Assembly (NCBI GenBank): GCA_902529885.1
Contig: CABZYC010000003.1
Location: forward strand, 1-50,083
Direction: 5' to 3'
DNA from: an uncultured Candidatus Woesearchaeota archaeon
GTDB lineage: Archaea; Nanobdellota; Nanobdellia; Woesearchaeales; GW2011-AR9
DNA: 50,083 nt
Shown here: piece after piece, positions 28,446 through 36,574 of the stretch
Numbering within the stretch: the stretch's first letter is position 1
Layout of the letters: each line of letters opens with the position of its first letter
The notes under the pieces: generated by a model
Database searches by the model: none
Told to the model about the DNA's origin: nothing
Seen by the model: the letters and a program-made list of their open reading frames with translations, nothing else
Position numbers and translations under genes: made by a program

Positions 28446-29684
28446 ATGAAATTTATTAAAGCCAAAGGTGTGAGGGATGTTGAACCACAAATTAAACTTC
28501 TAAAAAACGAAATGTTCAAGGTAATCCAAGACATATTTGAAAGTCATGGTCTTTTACCACTTGAAACACCTGTTATTGAACGATGGGAAACATTGTCTGC
28601 TAAATACGGAGCAGGGGAAGGCAGCGACGTGTTAAAAGAAACGTTCAAACTTCACGATCAAGGTGGGCGAGACCTGGGATTACGTTTTGAGCTTACAACA
28701 TCATTAGCACGGTACCTTGCAGAACGGCCAAACACAAAAATGCCATTTAAACGTTACGAGCTTGGGAGAGTCTACAGGGATGGCCCGCTTAAAGTAGGAC
28801 GGTACAGAGAATTTTGGCAGTGTGACGCAGACATTGTAGGGACAAACTCGTTGCAAGCAGACGCAGAATTGATTGCTATTATCCATAAAGGATTATCAAA
28901 ACTTAATATCGAACATGTTATTAAAATTAATAACCGGAAAATTTTAACGGGCATGTGTGAAGATGCAGGCGTTGATAATTCGCATGATGCCATTATTGCC
29001 ATAGATAAACTTGATAAAATTGGAGCGGAAGGTGTTGAGAAAGAGTTACAAGAACGTAACATTGAAATTAGTGCAACCCGACGTTTACTTCAACTTGTAC
29101 AGACACCGTTCAACGAATTAGATTTAATTAGCCAAGCTGGGAAAGATGGGATTGAAGAGCTTAAGAACGTTATTGAATTATGTAAACAGTATAATGTACC
29201 TTTAGAAATCAATACATCCTTAGCAAGAGGACAAGCATATTATACAGGAACCGTCATTGAAGCTTTCGCAATAAATTCAAAAATAACAAGTAGTATAGCT
29301 GCAGGTGGCCGTTACGATAACATGATTGGGGACTATATGGGTAACAAAACAGTGCCAGCAATAGGAATCTCTTTTGGTGCAGAACCAATCATGGACATTT
29401 TATCTGAGAATAAATCATTACGTCATTCTGCCAAATTCTTGTTTGTACCAATGAAAATTGAAGGAGCACCAATCGTTGAAAAAATGAGAAGTGAAGGTCT
29501 TAAAATTGAGCTTGCGTACGGAAAAAAAGGGTTAAGTAAATATCTTGATTATGCAAACGTGTTAAACATACCATACGTTATTATACACGGTGAAAAAGAA
29601 GTGCAGGCAGGAAATTATACGGTTAAAAATATGTCTACAGGCGAACAAACAACTGTAACTTTGGAACAACTCAAATGTCTTTAA
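28446..29684 (+). CDS. hisS: Histidyl-tRNA synthetase
   Basis: KGVRD, LRFELT, GRYREFWQCDADI, LARGQAYYTG, AGGRYD, anticodon-binding domain. Start reassigned to ATG 28446 (listed start is inside the tRNA). Confidence 0.97.
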   Translation: MKFIKAKGVRDVEPQIKLLKNEMFKVIQDIFESHGLLPLETPVIERWETLSAKYGAGEGSDVLKETFKLHDQGGRDLGLRFELTTSLARYLAERPNTKMPFKRYELGRVYRDGPLKVGRYREFWQCDADIVGTNSLQADAELIAIIHKGLSKLNIEHVIKINNRKILTGMCEDAGVDNSHDAIIAIDKLDKIGAEGVEKELQERNIEISATRRLLQLVQTPFNELDLISQAGKDGIEELKNVIELCKQYNVPLEINTSLARGQAYYTGTVIEAFAINSKITSSIAAGGRYDNMIGDYMGNKTVPAIGISFGAEPIMDILSENKSLRHSAKFLFVPMKIEGAPIVEKMRSEGLKIELAYGKKGLSKYLDYANVLNIPYVIIHGEKEVQAGNYTVKNMSTGEQTTVTLEQLKCL

Positions 29685-29833
29685 AACAAATGTTTGGATA
29701 CTTTTTGTTAATTGTATCCATCTTTAATTTTGGACTATTCATGTTTACGATCACAACACCAAAAATATTTTGGATAATTTTAATTTTAACGGCAATCCCT
29801 ACATTCACCATGTATCGTCAGGGTGCCGAGTAA
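29675..29833 (+). CDS. Putative 52-aa two-TM small protein (not in the ORF track)
   Basis: MSLKQMFGYFLLIVSIFNFGLFMFTITTPKIFWIILILTAIPTFTMYRQGAE; overlaps the hisS stop and fills the gap to map. Confidence 0.5.
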   Translation: MSLKQMFGYFLLIVSIFNFGLFMFTITTPKIFWIILILTAIPTFTMYRQGAE

Positions 29834-30707
29834 TTACTTCTACACCGTCAGCTGTTACAATCATTGAATGTTCAAATTGTGCAACTAAACCGTTGGATAC
29901 CTCGCATAAAGGAGGGTAGTCTTGTAACACACCTTGTTTCACCAGTTCACGAAGGCCAAGCAGAGTTGTACCTTTACCAAACTGTTTAGTCAAATCTTTT
30001 GTACAAAATGGTAAGCCGTTACGCTGTTCAATGAACGCCATTATTTTTCGTGCTGCTGGCGACCGTACACTACGTTCGCTCACTTGCATAAAAATTGTAC
30101 TTTCACCCTTGTTACGTATTAATCCTTCACCATACGTTAAAAATGGTTCAATAGCAATCTCCATACCTTCCTCAATACGCGTTTTTTCTTCAGTGTTAAT
30201 TGCAGGTATACTAATACCAGCATGCACAGTGTACCGATCAATAGTGTGACCCGACAAATTCCGAATTACATTAAAACCATGCGCTGTTGCAACTTCATTA
30301 GTTCGTTGCCCAATCTCGCCAAGAGTTATACCTGGACGAATCACAGAAATAGTTTCTTTCAACGTGTTTTGTGTTGCTAAAATTAGTTCAGTATGATCAT
30401 TCGTACTAACCTCCACCGTCATTGCGTTATCTGCAAGCCAACCATTAATATGTACACCAATATCGATCTTTACAAGGTCGCCCCTGTCAAACGTTCCAAG
30501 ATCATCTTCTTTTGGACAAAAGTGGGCAGCACAATCATTGAGTGCCATCTGTGCCCAAGCAATTTCGCCGCCAAGTTCAATAATACGTGCTTCACAATAA
30601 TCCATTACACTAATATAACTAGCACCTTCAATAATACGTTCTGCGCCTTCCCTACGTACTTGCGCAGCAATTTTGCCAGCTTTACGTAAACAGTTTATCC
30701 GATCCAT
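29805..30707 (-). CDS. map: Methionine aminopeptidase type II
   Basis: AAHF, KIDIGVHING..ADNA, NLSGH, AIEPF, AQFEHS; type II helical insert. The start may be GTG 30728. Confidence 0.95.
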   Translation of the reverse strand: MDRINCLRKAGKIAAQVRREGAERIIEGASYISVMDYCEARIIELGGEIAWAQMALNDCAAHFCPKEDDLGTFDRGDLVKIDIGVHINGWLADNAMTVEVSTNDHTELILATQNTLKETISVIRPGITLGEIGQRTNEVATAHGFNVIRNLSGHTIDRYTVHAGISIPAINTEEKTRIEEGMEIAIEPFLTYGEGLIRNKGESTIFMQVSERSVRSPAARKIMAFIEQRNGLPFCTKDLTKQFGKGTTLLGLRELVKQGVLQDYPPLCEVSNGLVAQFEHSMIVTADGVEVITRHPDDTW

Positions 30708-30733
30708 AATTTGCTTGTTAGCCCCCACCTTTT

Positions 30734-31099
30734 TTAACGTTTACTGAATATTATGTTTTGATACACAATAAAACTGCAAATACTCAGCCCAGCAATTGTT
30801 AAAGCTAAGCTAAGCATGTAAGGTAAACCAATATGGTATACCAAGCCAAACACGAAAATGCTTTGTAACCCGCCGTTAAAAAGGTTGTACCCAGTAAATT
30901 TTGTGAATTGAGCATAACTTGGTTTTCCTTTAAAAACGTATTTTGATTGATGAAAATAGTTGTAAAAAATACCTGACAGCAAAGATATTACGTGTGTCAA
31001 AGGTAACCAAACAAAAAATGATAATGATCCTGCAACAATAAACTGTAACAAGGTTGCTGCGCCGCCACCTACTAAGAATCGCCCGAATTGTTTCACCAT
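30734..31099 (-). CDS. GtrA-family 4-TM glycan flippase-like protein
   Basis: QFGRFLVGG, YNYF...YVF, QFTKF. Confidence 0.85.
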   Translation of the reverse strand: MVKQFGRFLVGGGAATLLQFIVAGSLSFFVWLPLTHVISLLSGIFYNYFHQSKYVFKGKPSYAQFTKFTGYNLFNGGLQSIFVFGLVYHIGLPYMLSLALTIAGLSICSFIVYQNIIFSKR

Positions 31100-31108
31100 T
31101 ACACAATT

Positions 31109-31825
31109 TTAGTTAGTCTTAATAAGATTTTGTACCAGATTGATAGTATCAGACGGAGAAGTAACAGTGTTACCATTCACACGATCATCACAAAATATTT
31201 CGTGGTCGTTACCACCCTTAAACGTTTTATCACCAAAAAAGTGTATCTCATCAAACTCTTTTAGAAACTGTAAACAATAACGTTTATCCCACCCTTTTGG
31301 AAACACGTCAAAACTTATCTGACCACCTATACTAAACGTAAGTTGAGGATACTTCTCTGATAAACTTGATACCATCAAAGAACGAACGTTATACTCCATA
31401 TCATACTGTTCAAATGTTTGCCGCTCATTTGTAGAACATGCACGACCAGGCGGGGCAACATTGATCATGCCACTACGATGTTCAATGAACGTCCCACGTT
31501 TAAATGGTAAGGAAACAGTAGACATATGCTGCATACAATCGTTAATCAAGGATTGGTACACATCTTCCCCTACCATTGAAACCATAGTACTATTATGAAA
31601 CATTTCCGCACCCCTATACCCTTGCACACCGTTCTGAGGGAACCAGTACGTAAACAAATCTATAGCGTCACCCAATTGTTCTTTTTGTTTTGCTAAATCA
31701 GAACCACCCACAAAACCAAGGGTGTAATGTTGCGTCGCTCGATTAAGAGTGTCAACCATCTCACCAGTTATCTTCTGACGTGCAGGGGTCAATGTACCAT
31801 CAACATCGAATAGTAAAAGTTTCAT
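31109..31825 (-). CDS. pmm: Eukaryote-type (Sec53/PMM2-like, HAD-IIB) phosphomannomutase
   Basis: FDVDGTLT, VGGSDL, KRGTFIE.R.GM.N..P.GR, FSIGGQISFDVFP.GWDK.YCL, FFGDKT..GGNDHEIF. Confidence 0.93.
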   Translation of the reverse strand: MKLLLFDVDGTLTPARQKITGEMVDTLNRATQHYTLGFVGGSDLAKQKEQLGDAIDLFTYWFPQNGVQGYRGAEMFHNSTMVSMVGEDVYQSLINDCMQHMSTVSLPFKRGTFIEHRSGMINVAPPGRACSTNERQTFEQYDMEYNVRSLMVSSLSEKYPQLTFSIGGQISFDVFPKGWDKRYCLQFLKEFDEIHFFGDKTFKGGNDHEIFCDDRVNGNTVTSPSDTINLVQNLIKTN

Positions 31826-32385
31826 TGCCCTTTATACAATCGATCAAGTTGGTCGCAAACAGTGTGATAAACCATATTATGAACTGTTTGAATAACACCA
31901 GTATGGTTTGAAGGAACAATTATATTATCAAAATCTTTACAGATACCACCCGTTTTACCAAGTAATGCAAACTGTTCATGCTGGGCATACTTTGAACTTT
32001 CCTGAAATGCTTTGTAAATATTAGGACTGTTACCACTAGTAGTTATACCAAGAACTAAGCATGGTAAACTACGAAAAGCTTCTACCTGTCGAGAAAAAAC
32101 AGATTCATAATCAAAATCATTAGCAATACTTGTCAAGTTACTTGTGTTACTTGTTAATGCAATAGCTGGTAAACCACGACGCTCCCTATCTGAATATGTT
32201 CCAACCAACTCTGCAACAAAATGTTGTGCATCAGCAGCACTACCACCATTGCCTGCCACTAATAAAATTCCACCACGATCATACAAATTCTTTATACGAT
32301 CAACTAACCCTTCAATCTTTTTATCAACACCATTCATCTGCTCTAAAGTATTTTGAAGTTCTGTTTGATAACTGTTCCAATCCAT
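31822..32385 (-). CDS. gmhA: Phosphoheptose isomerase (SIS domain)
   Basis: GNGGSAADAQHFVAEL, ANDFDY..VFSRQV, TTSGNS.N, IQTVH...H. Confidence 0.92.
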   Translation of the reverse strand: MDWNSYQTELQNTLEQMNGVDKKIEGLVDRIKNLYDRGGILLVAGNGGSAADAQHFVAELVGTYSDRERRGLPAIALTSNTSNLTSIANDFDYESVFSRQVEAFRSLPCLVLGITTSGNSPNIYKAFQESSKYAQHEQFALLGKTGGICKDFDNIIVPSNHTGVIQTVHNMVYHTVCDQLDRLYKGQ

Positions 32386-32451
32386 AGTTCCACCAAATTG
32401 CTTTGTTCTTTAAAGTATTATGGAAGTAAAATATAGATGAAGATAGAAACC

Positions 32452-32459
32452 TTTATAAA
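32452..32459 (+). promoter_or_regulatory. BRE/TATA promoter of 5S rRNA
   Basis: GAAACC-TTTATAAA about 24 nt upstream of the 5S start. Confidence 0.7.
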
Positions 32460-32482
32460 TAAAACATTTCCCCTACCTTATT

Positions 32483-32591
32483 GACGGTCATAAAGACGAG
32501 GTACACCTGTACCCATCTCGAACACAGAAGTTAAGCTTCGTCTTGTACTGCTTTGTACTGTACTTATGTACGGGAACAGCAGTATGCTGTC
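32483..32591 (+). rRNA. rrf: 5S rRNA (stand-alone)
   Basis: GACGGTCATA...ACACCTGTACCCATCTCGAACACAGAAGTTAAG...GTACTG...GGGAA...GCTGTC; terminal helix GACGGT/GCTGTC followed by a T-run. Confidence 0.93.
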
Positions 32592-32635
32592 TTTTTTCAT
32601 AACATTCTTAAACATATTGTTAAATAACTTGTTTC

Positions 32636-33343
32636 ATGAAAGTAATATTGTTAGCTGCTGGTTATGGAACACGATTATACCCCTTAACAAAAGATATGCC
32701 AAAAGCACTCATTAAAATCAATAAAATCACAATATTAGATAGGATTTTATCTGAATTGAAAAATGAAACCTGCCACCTAGTTACAAATAATAAATTTTAT
32801 AATCATTTTTTACAACATAGTATGGGCCAGTATTCCGTGATTAACGATGGCACTTCATCAAACGATGACCGGCTTGGTGCGGTCGGTGACATAATATATA
32901 CAATAAAGATAAAATCAATTAACGACGATGTATTAATCATAAATACAGACAATATGTTTGGTTGTAAAATCCAAGAATTTATTCAATTCGCACAATCACA
33001 ACCATATTCAGTCACAGCTTGTAAAGATATGCAGCACAAAGATAATGTACGAGGAAGATTTGGAGTTGTTGTACACAATCAAAATAATATTGTTACTCAG
33101 TTCCAAGAAAAACCAAGTGAGCCACTAAGTACATTAGCGTCAGTTGGACTATATTACATCAAAAAAAAAGATCTTAACTTCATGAAGGAATGTGCACAAA
33201 GGTCCGCAGATAATACAGGGGACATGATACAGTATCTTGTAGAAAAAACTAAAGTTGCAGCGTGGCCATTTTCACAAGCTTGGAGTGATGTGGGAACACA
33301 TGATAGCTTAAAAGAAGCATCATTATTGTTTAAAACAAGGTAA
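32636..33343 (+). CDS. Sugar-1-phosphate nucleotidyltransferase
   Basis: LAAGYGTRLYPLT..PKAL, FQEKP, WSDVGT. Confidence 0.92.
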   Translation: MKVILLAAGYGTRLYPLTKDMPKALIKINKITILDRILSELKNETCHLVTNNKFYNHFLQHSMGQYSVINDGTSSNDDRLGAVGDIIYTIKIKSINDDVLIINTDNMFGCKIQEFIQFAQSQPYSVTACKDMQHKDNVRGRFGVVVHNQNNIVTQFQEKPSEPLSTLASVGLYYIKKKDLNFMKECAQRSADNTGDMIQYLVEKTKVAAWPFSQAWSDVGTHDSLKEASLLFKTR

Positions 33344-33349
33344 ATAAAA

Positions 33350-34024
33350 ATGGATTACATAATTATACCAGCATATAATGAAGAGAAAGTTATTCAGAAA
33401 ACATTAGAAGAACTATATCAAGAAGGTTATACAAAAAATATAGTCATCATCGATGATTGTTCAACAGATAACACAAAAATGATTGCTACTAAATTCGGTT
33501 TTTTAATAGAACAAAAAATAAATAAAGGGCAAGGCGCAGCATTACGAACCGGTATTAAATATGCACTCGAACAAGGTGCAAAAAAAATAGTCACATTCGA
33601 TTCAGATGGACAACATGACCCAAAAGACATAAGACTAATATTAGACGAATTAGATAAATTCGAAGTTGTCTTAGGTTCAAGATTTATTGGGCAAACAACA
33701 AATTTACCTTTCTTAAGAAGGGTTATGTTGAAAGGATCAGTTATACTTTGCAGATTATTTTATGGATTGAAATTAACAGATAGCCACAATGGCCTAAGAG
33801 GATTTAGATCAGAATCAGCATCAAAAATAATGATTACAGAAGACAGAATGTTACATGCATCAGAAATATTACAACGAATCTCCGAACAAAAATTTTCATA
33901 TACGGAAGTTCCAGTTCATATTAGATACACAGAATACAGTTTAAAAAAAGGCCAAAGCATATGGAATGCTTTCAATATTCTAAAAGGAATGATAAAATTA
34001 AAAATTTATTCTAAGCAAGAATAA
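33350..34024 (+). CDS. GT2 glycosyltransferase (polyprenol-phosphate sugar synthase-like)
   Basis: IPAYNEE, DDCSTD, N.GQG.A, FDSDGQH, GSRF, DSHNGLR. Confidence 0.92.
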   Translation: MDYIIIPAYNEEKVIQKTLEELYQEGYTKNIVIIDDCSTDNTKMIATKFGFLIEQKINKGQGAALRTGIKYALEQGAKKIVTFDSDGQHDPKDIRLILDELDKFEVVLGSRFIGQTTNLPFLRRVMLKGSVILCRLFYGLKLTDSHNGLRGFRSESASKIMITEDRMLHASEILQRISEQKFSYTEVPVHIRYTEYSLKKGQSIWNAFNILKGMIKLKIYSKQE

Positions 34025-36501
34025 TCACTTTCCCAAATCATAACTTTACCAACACTATTTGATTGACCAGTATATAACAAGTTGTAACAATCAGATGAAC
34101 CAACATAATACATATTAGCAAACATTCCACCTACCAGTTCCACCGAAGAAAGATAACCTGTAGATTTTGTACTATCAATGTATATGCCAAGGCCAGTGTC
34201 TACATCATTGAAAATGATATTGTTGTCAACTTGTACTACCTCAAGATCATAATTCCCTGAAACATTGACTGCCCCAGTAGATTTTGTGTAGACTACAGTC
34301 AAACTTAATGATTGAACATTAACCTCACAGAACAATTCATCATCACCACTACAAGAAAATGAAGATAACAATTGAGGATATGGAGAGATATAATTATCTC
34401 CTCCTTGCTGCATACCATTATATTCATTCACTGCAATAGAATCAGTTAAACCATAATCATTCTTTAACATTGATAAAGCTTCAGAAGCAGGAAGACCATG
34501 AACAGCTTGAAACATTTCTGCACGAGTGAAATTCCATGCACCAAAATGGCCCCAAACAGAGGATTTACCTACCATATCCCCACTTGCAACCACTATACTA
34601 TTGTCTGCATCACAGTGAGTATAATCTAATGTTTCCATTGGAAGGCCTAGCTCAATAAAAACCTTTTCGGCACCAGCTAAAGGAAGTACAACGATGGTTT
34701 CTAGTATATCTATTGTTTCTTGGTATCCACCAGTATGATTAACTAATGTTTCAAAAGCAGTGTTTTGTCCACAGTTTAACATCCTAATTATACCAGTCGA
34801 CAGATATTCATTACTAGACAATGCCTTCCCAACCCAATACGCATTATAACCAACTTGAGTACCACCATCGAAAGTTACAGGGCGGTCTGCCACAGACCTG
34901 AACCAATAACCAAAGTCCCACCAAGAAGTCATAATCACGTCTTCAGAAACATTATCACGAACAAAAGTTAGACTATTATACCAACCATCATCCATACTAG
35001 GTACAGAAGATTGTGCAATCACTACACCAGAAGATATAGATGGAAGGAAGATAATACTTACAACTATTAGTGAAACCAATTTAGTTATGTTTACAGGTAT
35101 CTTTAAACTATCAAAAGCTGCTTTTGGGACTACACATAGAATAAACTGTACAAAATAAGCTAACCCAATTATAAATGGGAAGATTACCAATAAAATGAAC
35201 CTTATACCTTTACCAGTAGTATAAATTGCTGCTAACCACCAAATAAGGAGATACACTGCAATAAAATAATCTCTTTTTTTGTATGCCAAATATAATGCAT
35301 AACAAGTTCCAATTAAAGATAAAATTAAGATTAATTGACCACCAAGTTGACTTATTACACGATCAATACCAACTGCATTCAATTCTGCAACGGTTGTAAA
35401 AATGTTTGGCCATAAACTAATAACTGCTACACTCTTGAAATTTAATAACGAGTTTAATGGTTGTAGATATGCCGTGAAAAAATTGGAAGGTGACGTGAAA
35501 AGACCAGTTGAAATAAAAGTGACTATGTGAAAAATAATTGCCCGATGTAAACCAACTTCCTTTTTTTGAACTAATTTCAATATTAAGTCCACAACTATTG
35601 CAAAAGTGAATAATACAAGTGTAAACCACCAAGCACTCCAAGCATAGGAATACACACCCATTAAAAAACCAGATAATGCTGCTGCAACAAGCGCAGTTTT
35701 ACCTTTACCTAAACGGTAAAGCCAAATTGTTAAAAATGGAAATAAAAGAACGTAAATATCTGTATCGCTTGATTCACCAGTTGTTCGAGATACAAAAAAC
35801 ATGGAAGTTGCCAGCACTACTCCCGCAACAAGAGCAGCAAGAGGACTTAATTCTCTCGAGAAAAATAAGTATGCAGAGAAAACTGTCAAAGTCACCATCA
35901 ATACGCCTACCATGAAAAAAGAATAATTTAATGTGAAGTCGCCAAATAGGTTTAGAAACTTATGCCATAAAGAAGAGATGGTTGCATGAAATGTATCACC
36001 ATAATCTCTACCTAGCGGTGCTAAACGATAAGAGTCAACCACATTACCCTCTTCACCAATGGTATCACCAGCCATGCCATATTCAAGCTCATAATATACT
36101 TGCCGTTGATAATGATAAGGATCAATACCCAATAAATAAGTCTGACCGTTTTCATCTTGGTACACAGAACGAATCTGTTCTGACAATAACCCCACCTGTT
36201 CATTTAATTCTACCTGATTATCTGATACAAACGTGGCTAACTCCTTATCAATCAAAACCTGTTTGTTAGCATCAGGTAAGTTTGGATACTGTTGATTTAT
36301 AGAAGAAGCAATCTGCCCTTCATAAAAATTCATTACATTGATCTCCGCCTGTGTATCTGCTAAAGGGAGATATAATGGTTGAACACGAGTCCAAACAGTG
36401 AAAGATAATAAAGCTAAAAGTAACACAAAGTAAACATACTTCATGGGTATTTTAGAGATCGTAGTACGAAATGTTTCGTAATATTGAGATAACTGTTTCA
36501 T
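34006..36501 (-). CDS. aglB: Oligosaccharyltransferase AglB (STT3 family)
   Basis: IDPY, DTD, TVAE, SWWDFG, DMVGK; multi-TM N-terminal part. Confidence 0.95.
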   Translation of the reverse strand: MKQLSQYYETFRTTISKIPMKYVYFVLLLALLSFTVWTRVQPLYLPLADTQAEINVMNFYEGQIASSINQQYPNLPDANKQVLIDKELATFVSDNQVELNEQVGLLSEQIRSVYQDENGQTYLLGIDPYHYQRQVYYELEYGMAGDTIGEEGNVVDSYRLAPLGRDYGDTFHATISSLWHKFLNLFGDFTLNYSFFMVGVLMVTLTVFSAYLFFSRELSPLAALVAGVVLATSMFFVSRTTGESSDTDIYVLLFPFLTIWLYRLGKGKTALVAAALSGFLMGVYSYAWSAWWFTLVLFTFAIVVDLILKLVQKKEVGLHRAIIFHIVTFISTGLFTSPSNFFTAYLQPLNSLLNFKSVAVISLWPNIFTTVAELNAVGIDRVISQLGGQLILILSLIGTCYALYLAYKKRDYFIAVYLLIWWLAAIYTTGKGIRFILLVIFPFIIGLAYFVQFILCVVPKAAFDSLKIPVNITKLVSLIVVSIIFLPSISSGVVIAQSSVPSMDDGWYNSLTFVRDNVSEDVIMTSWWDFGYWFRSVADRPVTFDGGTQVGYNAYWVGKALSSNEYLSTGIIRMLNCGQNTAFETLVNHTGGYQETIDILETIVVLPLAGAEKVFIELGLPMETLDYTHCDADNSIVVASGDMVGKSSVWGHFGAWNFTRAEMFQAVHGLPASEALSMLKNDYGLTDSIAVNEYNGMQQGGDNYISPYPQLLSSFSCSGDDELFCEVNVQSLSLTVVYTKSTGAVNVSGNYDLEVVQVDNNIIFNDVDTGLGIYIDSTKSTGYLSSVELVGGMFANMYYVGSSDCYNLLYTGQSNSVGKVMIWESDYSCLE

Positions 36502-36545
36502 GCCATCTTGACATAAGAAGGTATATTTAAGAGTTTATATAATTA

Positions 36546-36574
36546 AGAAGAAAAAAAAAAAGGTAAAAAACCTT
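36546..36574 (-). terminator. Short hairpin plus oligo-T terminator after the S-layer gene
   Basis: Minus strand AGGT-TTTTT-ACCT followed by a long T run directly after the stop. Confidence 0.7.
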
